Assembly (NCBI GenBank): GCA_951406725.2
Contig: OX597815.1
Span: 63,364,001 to 63,428,000, forward strand
Reading direction: 5' to 3'
Length of the DNA: 64,000 bases
Origin: Octopus vulgaris
Taxonomy: Eukaryota
Shown here: positions 1-13,015 of the stretch, piece by piece
How the letters are laid out: each line of letters opens with the position of its first letter
How positions within the stretch are numbered: position 1 is the stretch's first letter
The notes under the pieces: model-generated
The model's database searches: none
What the model was told of the DNA's origin: nothing
Seen by the model: the letters and a program-made list of their open reading frames with translations, nothing else
Position numbers and translations under genes: made by a program

Positions 1-969
1 ACACGATCATGAGCAGGAGTGGTGGCATTTGTTGAGAGGGATCCTTTAGGGTTTGAGTAGATATAATAAAAGTGAAGTTTGAAGGAGATATTAGCCACTT
101 TTCATATTTTCTTGGAGTAAGTAAACAGGAAATAACAGCTGGTACAAAATTCGTGTCACACAATGTTAGTGATCCCTTGAAGAAGGAAGGCCAAAATCAT
201 GTACCTTTCATTGACAGTGAGCAAACAATTTGAAAAAACAGTGTCATAGTCAAAGTATTATATCCTAATATATGCAAGACAGCAATAAAACGAAAGAAAA
301 CAATCGCTTGAGGTTGGTTTAGAGCTCATAACTTGATAGAGCGAAACTAAATAAGAAGAACAAAAAATGTAAGCCAACCAAAATATGTAAATGAAGCATA
401 AATAAAGAAATAAAACATAAATATTAAAAATATATATAATGAAAGAAATCTGTTTAAAAAAATATGAAAAAAGTTGATTAGGTATCGTCGGTGTTTATTG
501 CTAGAGCTTTTGAGCACTTCCGGTTCGAGAGGCTTTCATCATTTGATAGAGATGTTTGGTGCTGATGTATCAAGGAAGAATCAAAGAGATACATTGAATT
601 CCCACTTGGTAAAAGAACGGCAACATTTCCAGTTATGGCAAAGTAGACCGAGTATTATATCTACCTCTCTGTCGTCCTAGCTGAATGAGTCTACGCTCAT
701 TCTCTCTCTATCTTATATTATCTATCATCTCTTATCGTACACACATATACACATATATACAAACACATAAGCCTACATACACGCTCTCTCTCTCTTTCTC
801 TTTCTTTCCCTCTCTCTCTCTCTTTCTCTTTCTTTCCCTCTCTCTCTCGATATACATACAAACCCTGTATACCTCACAGTTATATCACACTCTCTGTGTA
901 TTCCTCTCTCTTACTTTCACTCAGTCACTCACTCACTCCAACATATCGCTCTCAGTTTCGCTCCCTCTC

Positions 970-1282
970 TGCTTCCCAACCACATGATTCCGGGTTCAGT
1001 CCTACTATGTGGAACCTTGGGCAAGTGTCTTCTACTATAGCCTCGGGCTAACCGAAGCCGTATCAGTGGATTTGGCAGACGGAAACCAAATGAAGCTCGT
1101 CACGTGTGTGTGTGCGTGTGCGCGCGCACTTGCGTGCGTGTGTCTGTCTGTCTGTCCCCCCACCACCGTTTGACAACCAATGTTTACGTCCCTGCAACTT
1201 AGCGTTTCGGCATAGAGACCAATAATTACTAGACTTTAAAAAAATGAATACTGGGGTTTATTCATTCGAATAAACTCCAGTA
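970..1282 (+). mobile_element. tRNA-derived SINE family A, 5'-truncated copy
   Basis: B-box-like ccgggttcagtcc, then ccttgggcaagtgtcttctactatagcctcggg...gtggatttggcagacggaaac, internal (GT)n, and the 3' module tgacaacc...acttagcg shared with the other family A copies. Confidence 0.85.
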
Positions 1283-1337
1283 TGTATGCGTGTGATGTTT
1301 GTATGCGATGTATGTATGCATGTATGCATGTATGTGT

Positions 1338-1550
1338 GCGGCACGGGGTTTAGTAGTCAGGGGTTTGTACTCATGATCGTAAGACTGCAGTTACCATTCC
1401 TTGAACAGATGTGTTGTCTTCTTGAGTTAAAGACGTTCTGCTGGTAAAATTGAATGATCTCATGACGGACCGGCGTCTAGTCCAAGGAATATAATACATA
1501 CACCACATAATCAAAGAAACAGAACTTATGATCCTACAAGACGGGAAGAG
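1338..1550 (+). mobile_element. Degraded tRNA-derived SINE (family C-like)
   Basis: A-box-like ggtttagtagtcagg, then ctcatgatcgtaag and gttgtcttcttgag, resembling the head of 48132-48447. Confidence 0.5.
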
Positions 1551-1766
1551 CAGTTGATGCTTTTTTTAATGTGTGCATATGTGTATGCATATGTATGTAT
1601 CTATCTGTGTGTATATGTACGCACCTGTGCGTGTATATATCCATGTGCGTGTATGTATATGTTGTAAACATACATACATATACATCGATGTATATATTTT
1701 ATAGTTTTTATTTTATATTTTATCTAGTTTCAGCTCACGAGCTGTGGCCATGCCGTGGCACCGCCA

Positions 1767-1814
<48 letters not shown>

Positions 1815-1975
1815 TACATACATACATATATATATATATCTGCCTGTATGTTGATGTATTATATAAAATATAATTCATAAACATATTCAAATTTGATAGT
1901 ACTGCATAGACTCATATAAGAGACTATGTAGTACTATCAAATGTGTATTTATTATTTCTACACATACACACATGT

Positions 1976-2018
<43 letters not shown>

Positions 2019-2155
2019 TAAATGTGTGTGTATATGTTTAGACATATAGATACATTTATATAGAGAATGTGACATAAATATAAATTTGGACAGATAGGTA
2101 TCTTAGATGAGATACAGCCTTCCCCACCATATGCATATATTTATTTATATATATT

Positions 2156-2222
<67 letters not shown>

Positions 2223-2310
2223 AGAAAGAGAGAGAGAGATAAATTAGATGAGTGACATACGCCCACACCCACACACCTATATACATAAGTATATACTTGT
2301 ATGCGCGAGC

Positions 2311-2354
<44 letters not shown>

Positions 2355-2689
2355 ATACATGTATGTATGTATATATGTATAAATGCATATATAGGTGTAT
2401 ATGTTTATGGTCGAGACCTTATTTCCATGAGAAAAATGACAATACCAACAACACAAACATGAAAACCAAGGAAGAACAATAAAAGCTGCAAGAAACAGTA
2501 ACTACAAAAACAGCGTTTATGAATGAGAAAACAAACGATTGCTGACCAAAATCAATAGAAGCACTTTTCAACACCAAGAACAAAGTGGCAACATAATAAG
2601 AACGTCTGGAATCGGTAAAACATCAATTGTACTCTGTTAATATCTGTTCACTCCCAAAGGGAATATCAACCTATACAATACATTACTTG

Positions 2690-2975
2690 GGTCAGAGTTG
2701 TAGTATTGTTGTTGTTTGGTTTATATTTCATTAGTGAAACAAGAGCAGCGATAGTTATTAGTCGATCTATCCAGGTCCTAGAACCCTTATGGTGTTAATA
2801 CGGCTGACATAAATTTATATTTATTTTAGATACGTACATATACAATATTTGTCTTCGGCTAGAGTGGTTGTAGTATTCTTGTTTGGTTTATATTTCATCA
2901 GTGAAACAAGAGCAGCGATAGTTATTAATCTGTTTTTCCAGGTCCTAGAACCCTTGTGGTGTAGATGCGCCTGAT
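2690..2975. repeat. Imperfect direct duplication of an ~115 bp unit
   Basis: gttgtagtatt...ggtttatatttca(t/c)...gtgaaacaagagcagcgatagttatta...ccaggtcctagaaccctt occurs at ~2690-2810 and ~2858-2975. Confidence 0.85.
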
Positions 2976-3240
2976 GTTCATTTTGAACCTGTTTTGGTCA
3001 ATGTGTGCCTAGGAAAACATGTTGTAGGGCCGATTGGGAGTTAGAGACGTCAATGTACTCGGGCTGGTACAAAGAATGAGTAAAAGGGTTTAGTGTGAGA
3101 TTTGATGGGTAGGTAGGTGAAGTAAGTAAAGTAGAAATGTGAGCAGGATTGGAGGTGGGGGAGCATTGGAACGAAAATGGTTTAATGTAAGATGATAGCC
3201 AGTTTCTTCCTACGAGAGTTAAATCTGGTGTTACACACAC

Positions 3241-3296
<56 letters not shown>

Positions 3297-3297
<1 letters not shown>

Positions 3298-3725
3298 ATT
3301 TCCGGTCTGGCTGCGGAGAAGAAGCGACGAACAAATTTCATACCTGCGCATTTTCTGAATTTCATTCAAATCGTGTGGTTCCTATTTGTCGAGCTTTTTT
3401 TGTTTTCCGATCGCATGCAAATGGTTGAAGGTATTTTTCTGGCTAACTTCTTTTGCCAGTTCTCGAGTGGTGTTACGTGGATCTTTCTCAATGACTGTCT
3501 TTAATTGACCTTCATCGGTGACAGATTGGTGTCCACTACGCTCACGATCATCAAGGTACAGGTCTTCACTGCGAAATCGTTTAAACCACTTTCGAGCTGA
3601 CCACTCACTGGTCATTTCCTCTCCAAACGTTTCGTTGATGTCGAGAGCAGTTCCAGCTGCTTTACGTCTTTTTTGAATTTGAATAGTAAAATTGCTCGAA
3701 TATCGCGCTTTGACAGCTCAATTTC
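3297..3725 (-). pseudogene. Mariner (SETMAR/Hsmar1-like) transposase N-terminal relic
   Basis: Translation ...DINETFGEEMTSEWSARKWFKRFRSEDLYLDDRERSG...IEKDPRNTTRELAKE...KKLDK*EPHDLNEIQKMRRYEICSSLLLR: mariner HTH plus WVPHEL-like linker, with stops and frameshifts. Confidence 0.9.
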
Positions 3726-4270
3726 AGATGATTGTAACAACGGTGAAAAAATATCAATGTTAATTTATTGATGCATTTAGGCAAAAACATGTTGAAAAAA
3801 AAAAGATTCAAACTCTGCAAAAATCCGGTACAAATTCTTCATGGTTCAAAACATTGCAACATTAAAGATAATTGTGATGAAATTTGAACTCATAACATAA
3901 AGGAATGGTAATAAAATAGAGAAAGGTCTTTTTACTGATTCTACCATCAAATGTCCTATCCTTTTATCAGCTATTGTGGAGCAGATTTTTGTGCAAACTT
4001 GTACAGTACAATCACCAGGTAATTTCCCCCCTACTCCTACCCAACCCACCGTATCTTCGATGTATGTGCATTTTCGTTAGCTGGGTGCATTGCAAGTATT
4101 TCGACATTACTTTCTTCAAGGTTGTCGTCGTCGTCGTCTTCGTCGTTGTTATTGTTGCCGTCGTTGTTTGTGGTGAGTGTTACATTCAAGACACGTTTGT
4201 TGTATAGAATATGAGTTGGGTGAGTTATGTATTAGGAATGTTCATGCGTAGCGTTATCACACTGAGTGCT

Positions 4271-4480
4271 TAAGGCGACGAGCTGGCAAGATCTTTATAG
4301 CCCGCCGGACAAAGTACTTAGAGGCATTTCGTCCATCTATATGTTCTCAGTTCAAATTCTGCCGAGGTCAGCTTTGTCTTTCAGCCTTTCGGGATCGATA
4401 AATACAAGTCATGTACTGGGGTCGATAAAATCGACTTACCCCCCTCCCCCCGAGCATAAAATTTCAGGACTTTTCTCTAT
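4271..4480 (+). mobile_element. tRNA-derived SINE family B
   Basis: aaggcgacgagctggca...gttctcagttcaaattctgccgaggtc...tttcgggatcgataaa...tactggggtcgat, the same motif order as 62878-63085. Confidence 0.85.
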
Positions 4481-4861
4481 TATACGATGGTTATAAGATC
4501 TGGTGCTCATGTGAGACCGATGAGATTCTATACCAGGGGTTTCTCAACCATTTTTTACCTATGGACTCCTTCGATTGCTAATTTACTCTGGTGGACCCTC
4601 AAACACATTCGAAGTTTAAAAATAGCTTTATAGAAACTTCTTTCAAAATTCCTATTTTATTTTTTACACAATTAACCTTTGTATGTTGAAACATTTAAAA
4701 CATTGGAGAAAGAAACTGAGCTGTTTCTTGCAATAAATACCAACACATATATCTAAAGCAAAATTTTTCTGGGACCCTTAAAACATTATTGTGGATCCCC
4801 ATCTTACTTTATTTACATTATTTATATTTGACGGATATTTGTCCTCATCTTGTTTGTTGTT

Positions 4862-4907
4862 AACACAACGTTTCGGCTGATATACCCTCCAGCCTTCATC
4901 AGGTGTC
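4862..4907 (-). ncRNA. Minimal type I hammerhead ribozyme motif (inverted arm)
   Basis: Reverse complement: GACAC CUGAUGA A GGCUG-loop-CAGCC GAAA CG UU GUGUU. Confidence 0.8.
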
Positions 4908-4977
4908 TTGGGGAAATTTCGAACCTGGTTTCTCATTCCTAAGGTACTTTTCGATGTTATTATTATTATTATTATTA

Positions 4978-5040
<63 letters not shown>

Positions 5041-5161
5041 TTATTATTATTCAGGTTACTGCCGTGGGTATATGGCGTTGTGGTTAAAAGCGCAGGTTAC
5101 TAACCCCAAGAATCCGACTTCAATTCCAGGCAGTGACCTGAATAATAATAATAATAATAAT

Positions 5162-5215
<54 letters not shown>

Positions 5216-5296
5216 GTAATAATAATGATAATAATAATAATAACAATAATAATAACAACAACAACAACAACAATAATAATGATGATGATGATGATG

Positions 5297-5354
<58 letters not shown>

Positions 5355-5398
5355 CAACATCGAAAAATACCTCAGGAATGAGAACCCAGGTTCTCCAA

Positions 5399-5444
5399 GA
5401 CACCTGATGAAGGCTGGAGGGTATATCAGCCGAAACGTTGTGTT
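5399..5444 (+). ncRNA. Minimal type I hammerhead ribozyme motif
   Basis: Stem I gacac/gtgtt, ctgatga 5404-5410, stem II ggctg/cagcc, gaaa 5432-5435, palindromic aacgtt in place of stem III; predicted cut after GUU at 5439. Confidence 0.8.
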
Positions 5445-5704
5445 AACAACAAACAAGATGAGGACAAATATCTGTCAAATGTAAATAATGTACATGTTTC
5501 CTCTTTCTTAAATATAGAACTGTATTACCCCAATATACTATTTTGTTGCGTGGAGCCCCAAAAACCTCATATGGAGTTTCAGGTGCCAAATGGAGCCCAG
5601 TTGAAAAACCACTACTCTGAACTATATTTTATAGTGTATATGGACATGAACGATGAGAATTAACTTCGACACCCACTGGTGACTTACATGTTTGTGTGTG
5701 CAGA

Positions 5705-6025
5705 GACGCACCATGGGCGAATGGTTAAGAAGTTCGCTCTGAAATCTCCACCTCATGGTATTTTAGGCAAGCGTCTCGAGTCAGCCGATGACTTTTGAAT
5801 TAAAGTAGGGAGACGAAAACAACGTGAAAGCCCACAGTGTGGATCGTTCGATAATTCCAGTGATCGACCTTATCGCACGCCGTGGCACGTTGATTCGCTT
5901 TGAGAATTAGGTAAAGGTTACACATCTCTGTGATAGTTACTGCTACTTACACCAGAATTCAATGAACAGCGAATTTAGTTAATCAAACAAGTGAATTCTC
6001 ATCGTCGACATCGACGAAGACTCCT
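5705..6025 (+). mobile_element. Degraded SINE fragments (family A-like head, family C-like tail)
   Basis: aatggttaagaag...ttaggcaagcgtct...agacgaaaac...gaaagccc, followed by tgagaatta...aaggttacac. Confidence 0.4.
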
Positions 6026-6199
6026 TTATTTTCATTGGATGGTAATTGTGTAGAGTATGTGTGTAGCTTGTGTTACTGTATTTGGTGGTAACTGTGTGGA
6101 GTATGTGTTGTAGTTTTTTTTACAGTATTTGGTGGTAATTGTGTGGCGCATGTGGTGTGTAAGGAGCTGTACTGAAAGTGTATCAACATTGAGTAACTT

Positions 6200-6510
6200 C
6201 AGTAAAAGTGACCCCAGTACACGACTGGTATTTTTATCAACCCCTGGAAGACGTTGGAGGTACTTGAATGTAGAAGGTCGTAATAGAAATGGATTAAATA
6301 CAGCAAGGCATCTTGCTAGTAATTTTGAGGGAAGGGGGTTAATCGATACCATCAACTCAGTACTTCAGTGGTACTTTAATTTATAGATCCCCAAAGGCTG
6401 AAAGGTACCCCAGGAGGATTTGAACGTCGAACACAAAGAGTCGAAATAAACACTGAAAGGCAATTTTTTTCTTCTGATGCTCAAACAATTCTGTCTGCTG
6501 GCAAATAATA
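6200..6510 (-). mobile_element. SINE family B fragments, degraded
   Basis: gaccccagtacacgactggta and gatccccaaaggctgaaagg...gatttgaacgtcgaac are reverse complements of family B motifs. Confidence 0.6.
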
Positions 6511-7376
6511 AGCATATAATAATTATAAAAATAACACTTCTGTTGCTTCTGCTGCTGCTGCTGTTGCTGCTGCTACTGTTGCTGCTGCTGTTGCTTCTGC
6601 TGCTGCTGATGATGATTATGATGATGATGGTGATGATAGTGACCATAATGACAGTGTTGGTGGCCATAGTGACTAAGAAGTTTTGATTGTCGTATTGGTG
6701 ATTGGGTGGTGTAAGTGGTGATGATAATGTAGTGGAGGTAGTAGAGTCACATTGTTGGTGGCGGTGATGGTGATGGGTGGTGGTGGTGGTGGTGGTGGTG
6801 GTTGTGGTGATGGTGGTGGGAGCGTTATTGGTGGTAGGTGTTAGAGTCGTGATGTTGTGAGCAGATCTGATGATATTGTGATAAAGCCGATAATGGTAAA
6901 AAAAAAATCAGGCTATGTTATGACGATGATGATGGTGATTATGATCATGATCATCATCGTCATCATCATTATCATCAACATGATAATCGTCATCATCATA
7001 CGAGAGCAAAAAAATAATTATAGCATCAACGACAATAACAAGATAGAAACTATGTTAATAATAATTATAATTTTATCGATTCTGCAATGAATATTAAATA
7101 AATTTGTTCATCAAAATAAACACCCACCACCATCATCATCCCCATCATCACCATCATTATCAATATCATCATCAACATCATCACCGTCGTCGTCATCGTC
7201 ATCGTCATCATGGTCAACGAAACCGTTATCACATGAATAAAAAATCTTCAGTTGAAAAAAAACCAGTAGTCGTGTTGATTAGAGAAATTTCGAAAGGATT
7301 ACACACACACACTCACACTCACACTCACACACACGGACACACACACACACACGGACACACACACGGACACACACAC

Positions 7377-7412
<36 letters not shown>

Positions 7413-7414
<2 letters not shown>

Positions 7415-7577
7415 GCGCAGGTGCAGCTGTGTGGTAAGAAGCTTGCTTCCCGATCACATGGTTCCGCGTTCAGTCCTACAGCGTGGCACTTTGGGCAACC
7501 ATCTACTACTATAGCCTCCAACCGATCAAAGATGTGTTAGTGGATTTGGTAGACAAAATTGAAAGAAGCCCGTCGCA
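7413..7577 (+). mobile_element. SINE family A, 5' half
   Basis: ggcgcaggtgcagctgtgtggtaagaagcttgc...gttcagtcc...gtggatttggtagac...gaaagaagcccgtcg. Confidence 0.85.
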
Positions 7578-7584
7578 TATATTT

Positions 7585-7720
7585 CCTCCTGTTCCTTTCT
7601 GTTGAAGAGCATAGGCTACAAACGCAAAAGACTTTTTCACCTTCCCGAGCGTCAAACTATTACACCTGCTTGTTGTTTATACACGTTTTCGTCTTCGTTT
7701 TTCTGTAAATTTCAACTATA
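7585..7720 (+). mobile_element. Short non-coding repeat with HHR-like motif (family H), degraded
   Basis: cctttctgttgaagagcataggctacaaacgcaaaag...gagcgtcaaact...acacctgcttgttgtt, matching 13075-13240 and 32380-32512. Confidence 0.7.
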
Positions 7721-7729
7721 TATATATAT

Positions 7730-8702
7730 ACTAGCATTATGACCCGTCGTTGCCAGCTCATAGTGCTAGTGCATGTATATATGTGTATATATATGTGTAC
7801 ATATCACATGTACTTCTATATATATACATCTACACATAAAATACAAAATAAAAAGTTATATCTTGATATCGCTAGTGATAACAATACTCAAAATATATAA
7901 CAGACTGGAATTGTAGGCTCGTCTCTTGCAATTTCGATCAATTGGATCTTGTCCTCCCTCTTGTATAGAAGTGTGGCTACAATACAGCCTACCTCTACTT
8001 CAGGGGGGATATTTTTTTATTTTTATCCGGGACGTCCTATGCCCCAGATATAAAGGTAAAAATAAAATATTTCCACTTTTCAAGGTTCGAGTCGAGTACT
8101 CCCTTGCACGCCCCGTTGACTCGAACCTTGCTTGTATTGTGACGAATTTACCGCCTCTGCTTAGATATCTTTCATAGTCGCACCAAGACACTTTTCGATG
8201 GTGCTTTCCTCCAGGTGTTCAAATCTTTTTTTTTTCTCCATATTGTATACTTTATAGACAATAGTCTTTTCTTTAATTCAATTTTTTATTTCGTTTGGTG
8301 GTGTTATCCTAGATTCACCATCTTTGTCGGTGATCAATCTGTATTTCTTCCATTTTAATTTCAATGAGTTCGCGCCCGCCGACGGCTGCAGCGAAATTCA
8401 TTTTTGGACTTTCTTCTATGGAAGGCATTCTAACAAAAATGCTTCCGTGTAAACGGTGAAAATATTGTCAATTTCCCCAAACTGGGACAATTCAATTTTT
8501 AAACAATAACCAAATGAACTTGTTAAACTTTTTTATGTTCTTAACATGTTCTTGTTACCAAAGAATGTATATATGTATTGTAGCATTTTGTGACAACCAA
8601 TAATTAACACAACCAAACTTTTACATGTTACTTTTGACAATCTTTTTCTAAAAAGTGAAACCGGTAAATAAACATCTTTTAAAATTGTATTTTCAAACGT
8701 TC

Positions 8703-8710
<8 letters not shown>
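7730..8710 (-). mobile_element. Possible non-autonomous Helitron-like element
   Basis: actagcattatga...tcatagtgctagt (7730-7770) gives a CTAG terminus with an adjacent hairpin; unique interior bounded by TA runs; extent uncertain. Confidence 0.4.
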
Positions 8711-8767
<57 letters not shown>

Positions 8768-8801
8768 CATATATATGTATGTATGTATGTATGCATGTAT
8801 G

Positions 8802-8844
<43 letters not shown>

Positions 8845-8853
8845 TTCAATATA

Positions 8854-8921
8854 ATATGTGACAATTATTCGGTAGCCAAGATAAAACTCTGAGTTTCGGA
8901 TCTCGAATAATTGTCACATAT
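8854..8921. repeat. Perfect 18-bp inverted repeat in a TA-embedded short element
   Basis: atatgtgacaattattcg (8854-8871) and cgaataattgtcacatat (8904-8921). Confidence 0.9.
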
Positions 8922-8990
8922 ATTTACAGATAAATTCCTCTATTTACATAATATTGAGGTCTCTTTCTTTCTTTTATCTTACCGTTTTTA

Positions 8991-9037
<47 letters not shown>

Positions 9038-9438
9038 GCACACACACAGACATATATACTTACATTCATGCATACATGTGTGCACACACGCATACGTATA
9101 TACATACACATATACTGACACATCATATATGCATGTATATTAGTGTGTGCATATGTATATACAAGAAATGTATATGTATATATATGCATATATATATATA
9201 TACGCACATATATAAATGTGCGTGTATGTATATATATATATATATATATGCATATACACACATCACATATTCTAACGCCGTCTATATGTGTACATTGTGT
9301 TGATCAGTCAGTATATTATTGGTTCGCAATCCTGTCATGAACGTTTCCATGTCAACCATTTCTAGAATGATGGGCTGGATAGTCATGGGTGGAATATATT
9401 TGATCAAAAGTCTACTTATTCAGAGTTAACGCAAGAAC

Positions 9439-9470
<32 letters not shown>

Positions 9471-10745
9471 CAATTAAGTAAAATCAGTTTGTTTAGATCA
9501 GTTATTAATTACTAATAAATGGTGTGATCTTTCATTGATAGTCTCTGAGCTTTAAGACGCACAAAAATGTAATCAACAGACCAAAACAATAGTACCGGAC
9601 TTTTTGGGTGGTATGCCATTCTGGATTGATGGTAATAGGCCTAAATTTAAGCAGACAAAAGTAACTTTGGCAAGAACAGCAATAGAGGCATCAACGAAAG
9701 AAGCAGCTCAACGAATGAGAACTACAACCATATGCACAGTTCCAAGAACGCCAGTAAAAGTTTCCATAGACAGCACCGCTGAAATGGCCAAGCTGTAACA
9801 TATGTTTACTCTCGATTCTGCGTGTAACTACAAATGAAATAATAGTTTACATGATAATAGATTAAACAGAGACAACACTGAGTAAAAACGAAAAATGTAC
9901 GAACCACACGCAAGTCGCCAAAATAGAAGCAATCATCGTGGAAGAACAGAAAGAAATTCAGCCAGGTTTTTTTTCTTAAGAAATATTTTACAAAAAGAAT
10001 AAATAAGAGAACTTCCACAGCGACATGTGGAATAATCTAATTTAGTTAATAGCCGTGGTTGTACCGAGGGTAAGCTGATGTGACCCTAATACAGTCAGTC
10101 ATTCGCTCATCAGCAGCCATAAAACATTGAAAAGAAAGAACACGATTCGGGATCATTAACCTTACTTAGTGGAACAGAAATGGAGTGGGATGTAATGTAA
10201 AAAACATCAGAAAGAAAATGGGAAAATGTTCTGGGAATATGGAATGCTGGAAAAGAAAAAGGATCTATAAATTAGAGAGAAAAAAGAAAAACCCTTTAAA
10301 ATTTCTCCCAGCAGAGACATGCCAGATAAGGTGTTTGAAAAACAGGAACAAGAACTTGGAATAGAATAAGACATTATTTGAAACAAATAGTAAAAAATAT
10401 TCTATGGTGGCACCAATAAAGAAATGGCGTTGGAATGGAAGATAGATTTGCAATGAAAGGAATTGAAGCATAATAGGGGAAAATGTTGAAAATAAAGATG
10501 GATAATAGATAAAATAGAAGAAGAGAAAAAACTGAACCGAAAAAGTATGAGGCATCTTGTTTAAGTAGCGGAGTATTTACGAACGCAGTAAAGACGATTA
10601 ACAAACGAGTGTTCCGGAATAGAGTCCATAATTCCTGGCTATTAAAGTAGTTAACCAGAACATATGAAGCTGTAGAAACTACATTAAAGACTTAAAGGGA
10701 TCAGCTTTAATACTAGATTAGTTAACAGAAATAATAATAATGATG

Positions 10746-10856
<111 letters not shown>

Positions 10857-11034
10857 GCAACAACAATAATAATATTAATAATAATAATAATAATCCTTTT
10901 TAATATATATATCAATGATTCCCCAAAGCCGCTTACAAACACGTAAATACATTCATACACAGACACACAGGTGCGTGCGCACACATACACACACCGCGCG
11001 CGCGCGCACACACACATGCACACGCGCACACCAA

Positions 11035-11235
11035 CAGAGGTACCACTTCCTACAAATAGAACAGGATTGAAGGGAGCACAAAGGAAACGCGAACGGCATA
11101 AGTTCAGAGCCAACACCTCGTCTTCAGTCCTACCAGTGCCCTGCCAGTTGCAGAGCCTTCCGAGCACGTATCAGCCACAGCCGGACGCGTAGCGCGCAGC
11201 CTTCTCCTTGGTCATCGTCCACAACAACAACTGAA
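11035..11235 (+). mobile_element. RTE/BovB-like LINE 3' end
   Basis: Frameshifted translation ...GAQRKRERHKFRANTSSS...CPASCRAFRARISHSRT resembles the RTE C-terminal CxxCxRxFRARIGLxSHxRTH finger; followed by a short tail gtcatcgtccacaacaacaac. Confidence 0.7.
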
Positions 11236-11248
11236 CTAAAATACATAC

Positions 11249-11279
<31 letters not shown>

Positions 11280-11377
11280 TGTATTCAATATTTTTGTCAC
11301 AGCATGCTGATTGCCCACGATTAGTGTTTCAACTGAACATAAGGTTATCAGAACTCCATATGTGGTTTATAAATATA

Positions 11378-11772
11378 GGCGCAGGAGTGGTTGTGGTAAG
11401 TAGCTCGCTTACCAACCACATGGTTCCGGGTTCAGTCCCACTGCGTGGCACCTTGGGAAAGTGTCTTCTATTATAGCCCCGGGCGGATCAAAGCCTTGTA
11501 AGTGGATTTGGTAGACGGAAACTGAAAGCAGCCCATCGCATATGTGTGTATGTGTGTGTGTATATGTTTCTGTGTCTATGTTTGGCCCGTCAACATCGTT
11601 TGACAACCGATGCTGGTGTGTTTACCGCCCTAAAACTTAGCGAATCGGCAAAAGTGAACGATAGAATAAGTACTAGGCTTACAAAGAATAAGTCCTGGGG
11701 TTGATTTGCTTGACTAAAGGTGTTGCTCTAGCATGGCCGCAGTCAAATGACTAAAATAAGTAAAAGAATAAA
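11378..11772 (+). mobile_element. SINE family A, full length
   Basis: ggcgcaggagtggttgtggtaag (A box), ccgggttcagtccc (B box), central domain, internal microsatellite, 3' end gcatggccgcagtcaaatgact..aagtaaaaga. Confidence 0.92.
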
Positions 11773-11779
11773 ATAATAT

Positions 11780-12865
11780 ATTTATAAATTTAGGATTAAA
11801 CATTACTATGGGAAAGGATTATCCTGGAGCAAATTTTCTTGACGCTACCTTCCATTATGATACTGGATTATATTAACCATTTCATAAGCCAAATGATCAT
11901 ATTAAGTTCATAAATGTAGCATCCAACCATCCACTCTCGATAATACGGGGATTAGTTAAGAATATTTCTACAAGGATTTCTAGATTATCTGCTAATAATA
12001 ACATTTTCGAATCACATGCTGCTTACTATAATTCTGCTTTAGCAGGCATATACAGCACTGGTAATACCTCCAATAGTAATACACATTGTACACCGTAACA
12101 ACGTCACGGTACGAGAACTCACTCAGAGAATAAAGGCCATGAAGAATTTATCAAGACAATGAACTACCAACTAAAACTCATAGACACACGCGACATAATA
12201 ATCCAACTGCTCGTAACACTGTAAAACGTTCCAATCCTGTACAACACACTCGATTAAATAAGCCTAAAAACAAATATAGGAATCAGGATGTCCTCTCGGT
12301 TCGTATGTTTCAACCAAGATCGCTGGAAATTTTTTTGCCGCTTTGGGCAAATGTTTTCTTAAATCTAATCGATATCATACTATTTTTAATCAGCAGACCG
12401 TGAAGGTATCCAAAGCTAACTCTGCTAATTTAGAGCAGCTTATGCACTGCATAAACAATGGTAAAATTCGACAAAAATTCAATAATCCACCTACTGGATC
12501 TAGCGACATCTTAATACCAACAAAGATGTAAACCGCAATGAAAAGCACCAATTATGGCCAAATTGTAATAGTAGAAATGTTTATAACATAGCTAACGCGG
12601 TAACAACGTCGGAAAATGAAGTCGGACCTGTCATATATTCAAATAAATATGATAAATGCTCATGCAGAGAAAAATCAAAATGCCCATTGATGAACTTCTG
12701 TATGAATACAAATCTTGTATATAAATGTACCGTGCATACAAGGGGAGACGACTGATTCATTGGGCAGAAGACTGATTCACTTAAAAATCGTTATCGCAAT
12801 CATGCCACCAGCTTCAAGAGAATCAATAAGAGACATTCAACATCCATTATAGTGTTTTGTATTCC
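11780..12865 (+). pseudogene. Penelope-like (Naiad-type) RT thumb + GIY-YIG relic
   Basis: NFLDATFHYDTGLY*PFHKPNDHIKFINVASNHPLSII...ISRLSANNNIF; IFNQQTVKVS; CSCREKSKCPLMNFCMNTNLVYKCTV...FIG...LKNRYRNHATSF; multiple stops and frameshifts. Confidence 0.88.
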
Positions 12866-12965
12866 AAATATAGTTCATATATATATATACATGTGTATAT
12901 GTATATATATAAATATATATATATACACATGCGTATACATGTATATATAAATATATATACATGTG

Positions 12966-13015
<50 letters not shown>

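Larger units (their letters stand above)
4801..5523 (+). mobile_element. Non-coding fold-back element: tRNA-like head + (AAT)n + hammerhead-bearing tail, preceded by an inverted partial copy
   Basis: Arms ~4810-5063 and 5129-5495 are reverse complements; A box tggcgttgtgg 5073-5083 and B-box-like gacttcaattcc 5116-5127 lie in the spacer; HHR motif in both arms. Confidence 0.8.
4534..5614. mobile_element. hAT/Charlie-like MITE interrupted by the element at 4801-5523
   Basis: TIRs caggggtttctcaac (4534) and gttgaaaaaccacta (ends 5614); 8-bp flanks ttctatac and ctctgaac resemble the Charlie NTCTAGAN target. Confidence 0.7.

Noticed and set aside
2690-2975. CRISPR-like or regular repeat-spacer array
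   Set aside because: Only two long imperfect units in eukaryotic context; no regularly spaced short repeats anywhere in the window
5064-5140. Functional tRNA gene
   Set aside because: No clear acceptor stem or poly-T terminator, and the B box is altered; treated as a SINE-type head
11040-11235. Minus-strand host exon with in-frame TGA
   Set aside because: All three minus frames contain stops; the plus strand is better explained as an RTE 3' end
11780-12865. Selenoprotein-type Naiad (in-frame UGA at Cys positions plus SECIS)
   Set aside because: Conserved Cys codons here and in the 52155 and 58420 fragments are TGC/TGT; no convincing SECIS seen
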